This document shows positions 1-10,246 of a DNA stretch of 58,297 nucleotides, in pieces (the first letter of the stretch is position 1; each line of letters begins with the position of its first letter). The notes under the pieces are model-generated. The model was not told where the DNA came from, did no database searches, and saw only the letters and a list, made by a program, of their open reading frames with translations. The translations under genes and the position numbers were made by a program. This DNA is from Roseivirga sp. GTDB taxonomy: Bacteria > Bacteroidota > Bacteroidia > Cytophagales > Cyclobacteriaceae. The stretch lies in contig CBFHYE010000147.1 of assembly GCA_965659985.1 (NCBI GenBank), positions 1 to 58,297 of the forward strand, in the 5' to 3' direction.

Positions 1-2
1 AT

Positions 3-770
3 TTCACATTAGAGAACGAATTTGGCTTTCCCATTGGAGTAGATTACTCAAGGATTTCTGCCCTAGGTGCTGATGGAAGTATAATCCCGCTTACGGGAGC
101 TATAACTGAAGAAGTATCGATAGTTGATGGACCAACGCTGAATTTTCCAGAGTTGGTAGAGACTAAACATAGTATCAATATTACCAATTCGAATCTTGCT
201 GAGATCTTCTCATCCCTACCTTCGTCTTTTGAATTAGATATTCAGTCCACATCTAACCCCATCAACGGCCCTACTCAGTACAATTTTATGAAAGAGTCCA
301 ATGTATTGGAAGCAAAAGCGCTGATTCAGATCCCACTTGATATGGTGATAGATGAACTTGTGGCTAATCAAGGTTTTGATTTTAAGAATGGAGAAGGTGT
401 AAAACAAGCGAAAAAAGCCTTGATGAGAGTGATCTCTACAAATGACATGCCCATGGGCGGGGATTTAGAGATTCAGTTTTTAAATGCCAACGGTGAGATC
501 ATTTATGTAATTGATGAGAGACCAGTTTTTAATGCTGCCCCACTTGGTTCTGATGGTAGAACGACAGGTTCGGTAAAAGAAATAGCCGAGGTACTTTTGG
601 ATGATGATGATTTAAGGCAGATAGAAGATGCTGCTCGAGTGAACATACGCGCTAGGCTTTCCACCACAGATGTTGAGCAAGGCGTGGATGTCAAATTCTA
701 TGATGATTACATATTAAACCTTATGGTTGCCTTACAAGCGGATGTGGAATTAACCTTTGAGCAAGAATAG
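3..770 (+). CDS. Hypothetical protein, 5'-truncated by the window edge (probable exported partner of the downstream DUF5723-like gene)
   Basis: Frame is open from base 3 (FTLENEFGFPIGVDY...) through the tracked ORF 153..770. The stop lies 1 nt before the next ATG. Confidence 0.7.
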   Translation, partial: FTLENEFGFPIGVDYSRISALGADGSIIPLTGAITEEVSIVDGPTLNFPELVETKHSINITNSNLAEIFSSLPSSFELDIQSTSNPINGPTQYNFMKESNVLEAKALIQIPLDMVIDELVANQGFDFKNGEGVKQAKKALMRVISTNDMPMGGDLEIQFLNANGEIIYVIDERPVFNAAPLGSDGRTTGSVKEIAEVLLDDDDLRQIEDAARVNIRARLSTTDVEQGVDVKFYDDYILNLMVALQADVELTFEQE

Positions 771-771
771 G

Positions 772-2127
772 ATGAAGAAGATTCTAGTCATACTCGTCTT
801 CCTTGTTTTTGCATTCAAAGCAAAAGGCCAGGGTTATTTTGCCTTCTAAGAGCTCAGAGATCTTGTACAGCAAACACAAACATTACAATCCGCTTTTATC
901 CCGAGAAACTCCGTGACGGTAAGTATTCCTGCTTTGAATTTTGGTTCAACTGTGCAGGCTGATTATAAGCTTGAGCAATTGCTATCAAAAAATGACCTTG
1001 GTCAATTCGTTATTGATTTTGATGTTTTGAGGGTCTCAGTCCAAGAGTCTAATTTTAGCACCGTGGATATGACGGCCAATTTATTCTCCTTAAATATCAA
1101 AACGACCAAAGGTGTTTTTTCATTCTTTTCAAATACCAGAGCAACCGCTAATATTTCATATGGCGAGCCTTTAATGGAGTTTTTAGCTAATGGGAATGTC
1201 GTTGGTGAGATAGTCGATCTTTCTGATACAAAGGTGTTGATGAACGGATTTAATGAGTTTGGATTGGGTTATGCCAATGAATTCCTTGATAAGAAGTTAA
1301 CAGTTGGAGCAAGGGTGAAATTGATACAAGGTATTTTTCATGGCTCATTGGATGAATCTTTCCAAGGGACACTGCATACGGGAGAAGAAGATTTTCTTTG
1401 GACAATGAATGTCAATAATGGTCAAATCAATACTGCTGGTCTCGATTACTTTTTTAATCCAGACGCCTATGAAAGTAATGATTTCACAAGCTATGTAATT
1501 GGGAACCGGAATAAATCAGTAGCCTTCGATCTAGGGGCTAAATATCAGGTATTGCCATTTCTGAAGGACGAAGCCTCCATCAATGACATTGGTAAGATCA
1601 AATGGTCTGAATAGGTCAGGAATTACCAAACAGAGGATGGCGAAGTGACATTTCAGGGTGTAGATCTGTCCTTAGTGGGTGAAGCAGATAATATCTTGAG
1701 GGATAGCCTACTTTCTAAATTTACTTCAAATGAAACCAGAGAATCATTTACTTCTCCAATAGGTACAAGATACTACCTTACTGTTACAGGAAATATTACA
1801 CCTGATGATCGAATCTCGCTTACTTATTTCAAGAATGCCGCATTTGGTGACTTACCAGCCAATTATGCCTTGTCCTTTAATCACAGGTTCGAGAATTTTG
1901 TGGTAGGGGCTGTGGGGTCTTATCGCAGAGCGAATACTGAATTTAATTTAGGTGCCAGTTTGGCTTCAAGCATCGGGCCGGTTCAAGTTTATGTTGCATT
2001 AGATAATACCTTGATCATGAATAGACCTGAACAGTATTCAAAAGCTGATTTTAGATTTGGTCTCAATCTCTTATTCGGCTACGATAAATGGAAAAAAGAC
2101 AAGATTGTAGACCTGGATATACTATAG
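772..2127 (+). pseudogene. DUF5723-like outer-membrane beta-barrel protein interrupted by two in-frame stops (pseudogene or sequence error)
   Basis: ATG at 772 gives a signal peptide (MKKILVILVFLVFAFKAKGQ). TAA at 847-849 and TAG at 1612-1614 interrupt one continuous frame that includes tracked ORFs 913..1614 and 1645..2127. DLGAKY, SINDIGKIKW and terminal FRFGLNLLFG motifs fit DUF5723-type barrels. Confidence 0.7.
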
Positions 2128-4332
2128 ATACTTCCATTTTTCGATCAGTTTTGGCAATACCTTAAGGTCAAACCAAAGTGCCAATAATGCTGACAGGCAG
2201 ATAAAGAGTCCTAAATAGTAAACTGCCGAGAAACCAGAAAACAGTAAAACACTAAAGCCAAGCCCTATTGCTAAAGAGGTGAAAAGAATACTTTTTCCCG
2301 TAAAAGTCTTTGCTAGCCTGAGCGCCTCGGTTTTTGATTTATTGTTTCTTCTTTCCATCACGTATCTCGATATAAAGTGGATACTGTCATCCACTGAAAT
2401 ACCAAGTGCTACTGTAAATATTATTGCTGTTGAAATATTCAAATCAATACCGAGTAAACCCATTGAGCCGAATAATAGGAGAAGCGGAATCACGTTTACG
2501 ATCAAGATCAGTAAAGACATTCGCCAAGACCTGTAAAACAAAAGGGTAATGAGTGCCACAGTAATACAAGCAAAAGCAAGGCCTTTTGTGAGTGAGCCTA
2601 TGACATAGCGGTCAGTTTTATCGATCAGATAGGAACTTCCCGTTAATTTAGCCTCAAATTGTTCATCGTTGATTTCATTTAAGAATTGCTTTAAGGAATC
2701 ACTTTTTTCAATAAAAAAAGCACTACCCAAATCGGGCGAAACACCTACGATTCTAAGTAAATGTGGGGCATCAACTTCAACTTTTTTACGTGCCTCAGCG
2801 AGTCTTCTGCTATTGTAAATGCGTTTAACACGCGGAATGTCTTTTTGATCGGGTAGATCATATTGACTTTGTGCTCCTCCATATAAGCCTGAGTTGATCT
2901 TTTTTATAATGCTATTCGTAGATTGAATGCCCCTGGTTTGCATTAACTCACCTAAGGCCTTTTCTATAAGGTTGATCTTAGTGCTGACAATGGAATCTGT
3001 GCTCTCTATTTTTTCTAGTTTAATACCAACCTCGATGGGCCTATATCCATTAAAGTTTTTATCGAAGTAAGCGACTTTTTCCAGCATGGGTTCATCTCTT
3101 TGAAGACCTACGATCAGTCCAGTGTTCAATTCCAAAAATGGGAAGCCGACTAATAAAATCGAGCTGAAGATCAATGTGACGGCCGTGGTTGATTGAGTAT
3201 AGTTTGTTAAGCGCTTGGTCAGCTTATTTATTCCCTTCTGCAATTTGTATTGACTTCTTTTTGATGATGGGAAGAAAAACAGAAGAGAAGGCACAACTGA
3301 CATGGTGACTAAAAAAGCGATTAGGATACCCAAGGCGGCAAAAATGCCAAAATCCTTAATAGGTTGTATCGGCAAGAAGTAGAGGCCTAAAAAGCCAATG
3401 GCTGTAGTGATAGAAGTGATAAAGTTTGCTTTACCTATAGCCTTGGTTGCTTTTAAGATGGCCCTGTATGGCGTTTCATCTTCTAGCAAGTAATCATATT
3501 TGTTGATCAAATGAATTGTATCTGATAAGGAAATGATCAATAATATGGCCGGCAGCATCACCATCATGACATCAATAGGTTTGCCCAAAAAGCCCATTAT
3601 ACCAAGTGTAAGAATTATGGTCAGGATCATAACCAGAATTGATAATAATACACTTTTTAGGCTTCTAAAAAGCACAAGAAGTATGATCAGACAAATGGCA
3701 AAGCCTAAACCTAACAGCATGCCCAATTCTTCTTCTAACAGGTCTGTGAAGTCTTTTTGCATTTGAATCTTGCCTGATACGACTGTTGGGAAAGGGGAAT
3801 GAATACTCAACCAAGAATCTAATCTCTCATAAAACGCATCTCCAGACGGTTTATCATCGAAAGCGATGTGATTAATTATCATCAGGACGGCATCACCTTT
3901 TTTACTGAAATACTTACCGATGTCATCGTTTTTGTCAAGCTTAGAGGTATCCAGGGCCCTAGTTGGAGGATACTTTTGCACTATATTAATTCCAAATGGA
4001 GTCACCTGATAGATCTGCTCATCAAAGTGGCTACTGACAAATTGTATTTCCTTCCATTGTTCAAGAGAGTCCTCAATGATGCGCAATGTTTTGATTTCGG
4101 AGATAGAGCTTAGATCAGTATCTTCGAAAGCCAGGAATAGAAAGTCATTTTGTTGGCCAAAAGCATCAACGAACTCTTGATAATAGGCCAGTTCTGGGTC
4201 GCCCGTTGGGAAAAAGCTGTCGAAAGAATAGTCAAATTTTAGCTTTTCTATTTGACCCAAAGACAATAGAAATAGAAGGGCAATCAGTACGATAGAGAAA
4301 ACTGAATAGTATTTCAGAGCGCGTACTTTCAT
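2122..4332 (-). CDS. MMPL/RND-family transporter permease
   Basis: 736 aa with two repeats of TM-loop-5TM. SLSDTIH and GISVDDSIHF motifs are typical of MMPL proteins. Confidence 0.85.
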   Translation of the reverse strand: MKVRALKYYSVFSIVLIALLFLLSLGQIEKLKFDYSFDSFFPTGDPELAYYQEFVDAFGQQNDFLFLAFEDTDLSSISEIKTLRIIEDSLEQWKEIQFVSSHFDEQIYQVTPFGINIVQKYPPTRALDTSKLDKNDDIGKYFSKKGDAVLMIINHIAFDDKPSGDAFYERLDSWLSIHSPFPTVVSGKIQMQKDFTDLLEEELGMLLGLGFAICLIILLVLFRSLKSVLLSILVMILTIILTLGIMGFLGKPIDVMMVMLPAILLIISLSDTIHLINKYDYLLEDETPYRAILKATKAIGKANFITSITTAIGFLGLYFLPIQPIKDFGIFAALGILIAFLVTMSVVPSLLFFFPSSKRSQYKLQKGINKLTKRLTNYTQSTTAVTLIFSSILLVGFPFLELNTGLIVGLQRDEPMLEKVAYFDKNFNGYRPIEVGIKLEKIESTDSIVSTKINLIEKALGELMQTRGIQSTNSIIKKINSGLYGGAQSQYDLPDQKDIPRVKRIYNSRRLAEARKKVEVDAPHLLRIVGVSPDLGSAFFIEKSDSLKQFLNEINDEQFEAKLTGSSYLIDKTDRYVIGSLTKGLAFACITVALITLLFYRSWRMSLLILIVNVIPLLLLFGSMGLLGIDLNISTAIIFTVALGISVDDSIHFISRYVMERRNNKSKTEALRLAKTFTGKSILFTSLAIGLGFSVLLFSGFSAVYYLGLFICLSALLALWFDLKVLPKLIEKWKYL

Positions 4333-4430
4333 GAGAACGAAGTAGCAGAATTTTCTTCAGAATTACCCTTATGATTCAGAGGAATTTGGTTTATTTTGTT
4401 CTTGAAGTTGAACCCAAATTATTACCCACT

Positions 4431-5225
4431 ATGAAGCAGTACCACGACCTAATGAGACACATTTTAGAAAATGGAGTTGAAAAGAATGACAGAACAGGTA
4501 CGGGTACAAAAAGTGTTTTTGGGTATCAAATGCGTTTCGATCTTGCAGAGGGTTTTCCTGTCATTACAACTAAAAAGCTTCACTTAAGATCTATCATTCA
4601 CGAGTTGCTTTGGTTTTTGGATGGAGATACTAACATCAAATACCTCAAAGACAATGGCGTGCGGATTTGGGATGAATGGGCTGATGAGCATGGTGATCTC
4701 GGACCTGTATACGGTTATCAATGGCGAAACTGGCCTGATGGCAATGGAGGCACAATTGATCAGATCGAAAAACTAATTCATAATATTAAGAATAATCCAG
4801 ACAGCAGAAGACTCATTGTGAGCGCTTGGAATGTGGCTGATGTCGATAATATGGCCTTGCCACCATGTCATACATTTTTTCAATTCTATGTAGCTGATGG
4901 TAAATTGAGTTGCCAGCTTTACCAAAGAAGTGCAGATGTCTTTTTAGGAGTACCTTTCAATATTGCCAGCTATTCTCTATTGGTGTTGATGGTTGCCCAG
5001 GTTTGTGGTCTTCAGCCTGGAGAATTCGTTCATACTTTTGGCGATGCGCATTTGTACAGCAATCATTATGAACAAGCAGAGCTTCAATTGACAAGAGACT
5101 TCAGACCACTTCCAACGATGAAGATGAATCCTGAGGTCAAAAGCATTTTTAATTTTAAATATGAGGATTTTGAATTGGTAGGATACGATCCTCATCCTCA
5201 TATCAAGGCTGCTGTAGCCGTATAA
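4431..5225 (+). CDS. thyA: Thymidylate synthase
   Basis: [31 protein letters not shown] motifs and C-terminal IKAAVAV. Likely start MKQYHDL at 4431. Confidence 0.97.
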   Translation: MKQYHDLMRHILENGVEKNDRTGTGTKSVFGYQMRFDLAEGFPVITTKKLHLRSIIHELLWFLDGDTNIKYLKDNGVRIWDEWADEHGDLGPVYGYQWRNWPDGNGGTIDQIEKLIHNIKNNPDSRRLIVSAWNVADVDNMALPPCHTFFQFYVADGKLSCQLYQRSADVFLGVPFNIASYSLLVLMVAQVCGLQPGEFVHTFGDAHLYSNHYEQAELQLTRDFRPLPTMKMNPEVKSIFNFKYEDFELVGYDPHPHIKAAVAV

Positions 5226-6030
5226 TTAGTTTTTGTAGGCGTAAACTAGCATCCTCAAGTTTGATTGCGCTTCCCTCTAACTTTGAAAAATATGTGATGC
5301 CAGAAGCATTTGTAGAAAAAATGCATTCAGCGTCTTTTAGTGTTGAAGCTTTTTCCATTACAATATTTAAAGGGAGATTATTATCCTTGCAAAAACCTAG
5401 TATGAAAGTGCGCATGACACCTTCAATACAGCCCGTCTTTAAGGAAGGTGTAAATAACGTGTTGTCTTTTACCCAAAACAAGTTTCCAATATGCGTTTCG
5501 CTCAAGTGACCCCTGTTGTCTAAAATGATGATCTCATCAAGGTCTCTTTCTTGCAATTCATTGCCTGCCATTACATAGTCAAGTGCATTTAATGATTTGA
5601 CACAAGCATAGTCCGAAGAATGGTTATGTACCTTATTACTAATGCCAATGATTTCGCTTGTTCGAATGATGGCTTTATTACTCTCCTTTTGGGTAATCAA
5701 AAATTCGGATGAATGCTGATTTGGTGTGTATAAACCACCTTCTGTACGCCATATTTGAACTTTTGAACGACAGTGAGAAGCAATATTATTGGCTTGAGAT
5801 AGCTCTTCAATAAATTCCTCTAGTCTATCTATTAGTGCTTCAGGAGGATTCATCGAGAGAAGAGCACAATGTCTTCTGATTCGGTCTTTATGAATATTTA
5901 TCAAATTAATTCGATCAGGACCTGTAACAATCGTTTCAAAGAGCCCGTCTCCATAACAGAAACCACGGTTATTGGCTGAGATTTGGATGTTTTCCTTATC
6001 TATAATTCGGGAGTTATATATCGCTTTCAT
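5203..6030 (-). CDS. Class IV PLP aminotransferase / 4-amino-4-deoxychorismate lyase-like
   Basis: [18 protein letters not shown] (PLP Lys) and GCIEGVMR motifs. Likely start MKAIYN. Confidence 0.85.
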   Translation of the reverse strand: MKAIYNSRIIDKENIQISANNRGFCYGDGLFETIVTGPDRINLINIHKDRIRRHCALLSMNPPEALIDRLEEFIEELSQANNIASHCRSKVQIWRTEGGLYTPNQHSSEFLITQKESNKAIIRTSEIIGISNKVHNHSSDYACVKSLNALDYVMAGNELQERDLDEIIILDNRGHLSETHIGNLFWVKDNTLFTPSLKTGCIEGVMRTFILGFCKDNNLPLNIVMEKASTLKDAECIFSTNASGITYFSKLEGSAIKLEDASLRLQKLIIRLQQP

Positions 6031-6119
6031 GGATGGAATCAACCATTCAAACATAAAGAGAATTTATGAGAGTGTAATTTCCTTAACATTGCGGCCATAA
6101 CGAGAAGCAAGGAATAGCT

Positions 6120-6797
6120 ATGGCAGAACAGAGTAGTGTGTTTGATATGATTGGCCCTGTAATGATCGGGCCATCGAGTTCGCATACAGCAGGTGTGGTT
6201 CGAATTGGCCGTGTGGCTAGAAAATTCTTGGGTTCAAAGCCAGAACAAGCGGAGATCATATTTTACAATTCGTTTGCAAGAACATACGAGGGCCATGGCA
6301 GTGATAGAGCAATCATAGCTGGGCTTCTTGACTTTAAGACTGAGGATATTCGTATCAAAACGGCCTTTGACGAAGCAGAAAAGGAAAATTTTAAATTCAC
6401 TTTTCGCTCTGTTGGCAATGCAAACACTATGCACCCGAATTCTGTCAAAGTAAAAGTAAGTTCAGGAGAAAAGACAATTGAAGTCATTGGTGAGAGTAGA
6501 GGCGGAGGCGTGATCAAGATCGTAGGAATCAACGGTTTTTCCGTTGGTTTTTCTGCCAATATCTCAACAATGATGATCACCGCTGAAGACAGAAGAGGAG
6601 CTGTGGCATTTATTGCGACTGTATTGGCCAATGATGAATGCAACATTGCTTCAATGTCTGTCAATAGAAAAGGTAAAAATGATGAAGCTTGTCATGTGAT
6701 CGAAATTGACAGCAAACCACCGCAGGTAACATTAGATTATTTAAAACACTTACATTGGGTTAAAACAGTAACCTTTATTCCAGATATAGATTTTTAA
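6120..6797 (+). CDS. sdaAB: L-serine dehydratase (Fe-S) beta subunit with C-terminal ACT domain
   Basis: FDMIGPVMIGPSSSHTAG, SFARTYEGHGSD and HPNS motifs, followed by an ACT-like C-terminus. Confidence 0.93.
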   Translation: MAEQSSVFDMIGPVMIGPSSSHTAGVVRIGRVARKFLGSKPEQAEIIFYNSFARTYEGHGSDRAIIAGLLDFKTEDIRIKTAFDEAEKENFKFTFRSVGNANTMHPNSVKVKVSSGEKTIEVIGESRGGGVIKIVGINGFSVGFSANISTMMITAEDRRGAVAFIATVLANDECNIASMSVNRKGKNDEACHVIEIDSKPPQVTLDYLKHLHWVKTVTFIPDIDF

Positions 6798-6807
6798 CAA
6801 GAAGGAC

Positions 6808-8268
6808 ATGAAATTCAAAATTATAGGAAAGACAGCGTTGATGTTGCTCCTAAGCATCACGATGGTCAATGGTCAAGATGTTGGAGCAGGAGAAACTTGG
6901 TCGCTAGAAGAATGCATCAATTATGCTTGGGAAAATAACCTTACGGTTAAAAATTCTGAGCTAAATCAATTGGGTACGGAGATCAATCTTAAACAATCTC
7001 AATGGGCAATTGCGCCTAACCTTAATGCAGGTGGTAGTTTAGGTAAATCTTTTGGTCGTACGATTGACCCGGTAACCAACAATTTCGTGAGTACAGACTT
7101 TCTAAGTGGCGGTATTTCTGCGAATGCCAACATTACCTTATACCAAGGTGGAATGATGCGCAATACGATCAAGAGGAATAGGGTCGATCTTGAGGCAAGC
7201 CAATATGACTTAGAGAAGACGAAGAATGACATTGGTTTAAATGTGGCTACAAACTATCTAAATGTACTTTTAAATGCAGAACAATTATCTAATGCTGAGT
7301 TTCAGCTGGAGGTAACTGAGCAGCAATTAGAAAGAACGAAAGTATTAGTAAGAGCTGGTTCGGTACCCTTATCCAATCAATTGGACCTTGAGTCACAGGT
7401 TGCTTCTGACGAAGTGGCTGTGGTTAATGCAGAAAACAACCTTTCACTTGCTTTGCTCACCTTGAAGCAGTCAATGCAAATGCCAGCGAATCAAGAGCTT
7501 GAGATTGAGGTTCCTGATCTTGAGGTAGAAAATATTACAATTGAAGTGACCGATTCGGATAAGATATATGATATCGCTTTAACGACTCAACCAGAGATCA
7601 AGAGTGCAGAATTAGGTGTTGAGAGTTCAGATATCGGTGTGAGAATCTCGAAAAGCGGGTATCTACCAACGCTATCAGTTTCTGGAAGTCTATCAACGAA
7701 TTATTCAGATCAGGCAGTTGAACTTACGGGTTCTCAGGATATCAACGTTCCGGCTGCTCCAATTGGTTTTGTACAAGGCACCGGACAAACAGTATTATCC
7801 AACCCTTCTACCATTACTGTGCCGACTAGAAATGAGGATTATGCTTGGAATGACCAATTCAATGACAACCTTGGTCAGTCTGTGAGGGTCAACTTGAATA
7901 TTCCGATCTTCAATAGGTTAGCCACAAAATCCTCGGTCCAAAGAGCTGAGATCAACCGTCAGAGAGCGGAGATCACAGCTGAAAACACTAGAAATACACT
8001 AAGACAAAATGTTGAAACAGCACATACGAATGCACTAGGAAGTTTGAAGTCTTATCAAGCCTCTCTAAAGCGTGTTGAAGCCTTGGAAGAGACTTTCAGG
8101 GCAACAGAAGAACGTTACAATGTTGGAACTGCGCATTTTACAGATTATCAGGTAGCGAGTAATAATTTATTTGCTGCGAAAGCAGCACTCACTCAATCAA
8201 AATACTCATTCATTTTTAGGGTAAAGATTTTAGATTTCTATTTAGGTAACCCAATCACTTTAGATTAA
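6808..8268 (+). CDS. TolC-family outer membrane efflux protein
   Basis: Signal peptide, WSLEECINYAWENN, two OEP repeats and LNIPIFN. Confidence 0.92.
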   Translation: MKFKIIGKTALMLLLSITMVNGQDVGAGETWSLEECINYAWENNLTVKNSELNQLGTEINLKQSQWAIAPNLNAGGSLGKSFGRTIDPVTNNFVSTDFLSGGISANANITLYQGGMMRNTIKRNRVDLEASQYDLEKTKNDIGLNVATNYLNVLLNAEQLSNAEFQLEVTEQQLERTKVLVRAGSVPLSNQLDLESQVASDEVAVVNAENNLSLALLTLKQSMQMPANQELEIEVPDLEVENITIEVTDSDKIYDIALTTQPEIKSAELGVESSDIGVRISKSGYLPTLSVSGSLSTNYSDQAVELTGSQDINVPAAPIGFVQGTGQTVLSNPSTITVPTRNEDYAWNDQFNDNLGQSVRVNLNIPIFNRLATKSSVQRAEINRQRAEITAENTRNTLRQNVETAHTNALGSLKSYQASLKRVEALEETFRATEERYNVGTAHFTDYQVASNNLFAAKAALTQSKYSFIFRVKILDFYLGNPITLD

Positions 8269-8274
8269 AAGGTC

Positions 8275-9648
8275 ATGGCAAAAACGAAAAAAGGATCCAA
8301 TAAACTCATTTGGATATTATTAATATCAGTAGTGCTCATATTAGTGCTGGCTATCGTAGGTAAAAAGACAGGTGTAATCGGAGCGCCTAAAACGTTGGAG
8401 GTTCAATTGTCAAAAGTTCAAAGAACCACTATTGTAGAAAAAGTAACTGCTTCAGGGGTAGTTCAGCCTGTAACTGAGATCGCAATAAGTCCAGATGTGG
8501 CTGGAGAGATCATTGAACTAAATGTTGAAGAAGGAGATGATGTTGTAGAAGGTATGATCCTAGTAAAGATTCGCCCTGACAACCTACAATCAGCCTTAGA
8601 TAGAGCAAGAGCCAATTTGAATCAACAACGTGCGAATTTGGCATCGGCAAGAGCAGATTTTTTTAGAAGTGAAGCACAATTGACACAGTCGAAGCTAGCA
8701 TTCGAAAGAGCAGAAAAGCTAAAGAAAGAGAATGTTATGTCAGAGAGTGATTATGAAACAGCAAAAGCCAATTTCGAAGTATCAAAATATAATCTTGATG
8801 CCGCGGAACAAAGAGTGAAGGCTTCAGAATACATCGTACAATCTTCTCAAGCGACAGTTGAGGAGGCAGAAGAGAATGTGAGACTTACTGTAGTGAGAGC
8901 ACCTCAATCAGGTACGATTTCCAAATTAGATGTAGAAAAAGGTGAGCGTGTGGTAGGTACACAGCAAATGGCTGGAACAGAGATGATGCGCTTAGCTGAT
9001 CTTAACTTTATGCAGGTTCAGGTAGATGTAAATGAGAATGACATTATTCGGGTAAGCGAGGGCGATACTGCAATAATTGATGTCGACTCTTATACTTCTA
9101 TGGATAAAAAATTCAAAGGTATTGTTACTTCAATTGCGAATACTGCAAATCCAAAAGCAAGTGCCGATGCCGTGACTGAATTTAAAGTAGAGATTAGAAT
9201 TCTAAATGAAAGTTTCAGTGACTTGCTTTCTGAAATTTCTGGACCATCACCATTTAGACCAGGAATGACAGCAAGCGTAGAGATCATTACAACAACCAAG
9301 AATGATGTGCTTTCTGTGCCACTTGCAGCCGTAACGACTAGAAATAAAAACTTGAATAAGGAAGGTGGAACTAATGGTAGTTCTGCTCAGCAGACATCGA
9401 CAACGGATGCGGCTAATTTAATGGAGGTTGTTTTTGTAAATGAAAATGGTACTGCAAAAGTGGTTGAGGTAGTCACGGGAATAAGTGATTATGACAACAT
9501 AGAAATTATTTCGGGTGTTGAGGAAGATCAGGAAGTGGTTTCAGGGCCATTCTTCGTGATTTCAAAAAGGATAAAAGATGGAGATCTTATTTCGCAAAAG
9601 CCGAAGGGGTCACCTACTAATATTGAAGAAGCAACAGCTTCTAATTAA
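8275..9648 (+). CDS. Efflux periplasmic adaptor (MacA/HlyD-like membrane fusion protein)
   Basis: N-terminal TM, lipoyl half-motifs flanking a coiled coil, VDVNENDI, RPGMTASV and VPLAAV. Confidence 0.92.
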   Translation: MAKTKKGSNKLIWILLISVVLILVLAIVGKKTGVIGAPKTLEVQLSKVQRTTIVEKVTASGVVQPVTEIAISPDVAGEIIELNVEEGDDVVEGMILVKIRPDNLQSALDRARANLNQQRANLASARADFFRSEAQLTQSKLAFERAEKLKKENVMSESDYETAKANFEVSKYNLDAAEQRVKASEYIVQSSQATVEEAEENVRLTVVRAPQSGTISKLDVEKGERVVGTQQMAGTEMMRLADLNFMQVQVDVNENDIIRVSEGDTAIIDVDSYTSMDKKFKGIVTSIANTANPKASADAVTEFKVEIRILNESFSDLLSEISGPSPFRPGMTASVEIITTTKNDVLSVPLAAVTTRNKNLNKEGGTNGSSAQQTSTTDAANLMEVVFVNENGTAKVVEVVTGISDYDNIEIISGVEEDQEVVSGPFFVISKRIKDGDLISQKPKGSPTNIEEATASN

Positions 9649-9672
9649 AGAAAGGCCGAAAGGCCTTTTTTT
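9649..9672. terminator. Bidirectional intrinsic terminator
   Basis: AAAGGCC-GAAA-GGCCTTT hairpin with A/T tracts between convergent genes. Confidence 0.85.
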
Positions 9673-10246
9673 ATTGACTAAACTCTGATTTAAGAACTTG
9701 ATAAAGCCGATTGACGGGTAAACCAACGACATTATAATAGTCTCCTTTAATAGATTTTATGCCGACCATTCCGATCCATTCTTGAATACCGTAAGCTCCG
9801 GCTTTATCAAAGGGTTTATATCTGTCTATATAGTGCTTGATTTCGATGGGACTTATTGAGTCGAAATGAACCTCTGTTTTGGCACTAAATGATACTTCCT
9901 TATTTAGAGTTTTTAGACAAACCCCACTTACTACATGATGACTTTTATTGCTGAGTGCTGAAAGCATGTCAAAAGCCTCCTCTGGGTTATTCGGTTTAAC
10001 TAAAACCTTGCCTTCATTAATCACTACCGTATCGGATGTGATAACTAACTCATCCGAAGCAAGTGCTCTAAATGCTGCTGCCTTTTCTTGGGCAAGAAAT
10101 TCAGCAACCTCATAGGCATCCATTGACTCATCAAAAGACTCTTCTATTGGATAGGTTTCAATTGAAAACTTGAGACCGACCTCTTCGAGAAGTTGTTTCC
10201 TTCTTGGGGACTTAGAAGCTAGGATCAAACGGTAGGCTAAATTCAT
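9671..10246 (-). CDS. maf: Maf-family nucleoside triphosphate pyrophosphatase
   Basis: LILASKSPRRKQLL, SDTVV, DKAGAYGIQ and NVVGLP motifs. Likely start MNLAYR. Confidence 0.93.
   Translation of the reverse strand: MNLAYRLILASKSPRRKQLLEEVGLKFSIETYPIEESFDESMDAYEVAEFLAQEKAAAFRALASDELVITSDTVVINEGKVLVKPNNPEEAFDMLSALSNKSHHVVSGVCLKTLNKEVSFSAKTEVHFDSISPIEIKHYIDRYKPFDKAGAYGIQEWIGMVGIKSIKGDYYNVVGLPVNRLYQVLKSEFSQ

Noticed and set aside
847-1614. Stop-codon reassignment or programmed readthrough as the explanation for the DUF5723-like interruptions
   Set aside because: Two different stops (TAA and TAG) are involved, and both terminate many ordinary genes in this window.
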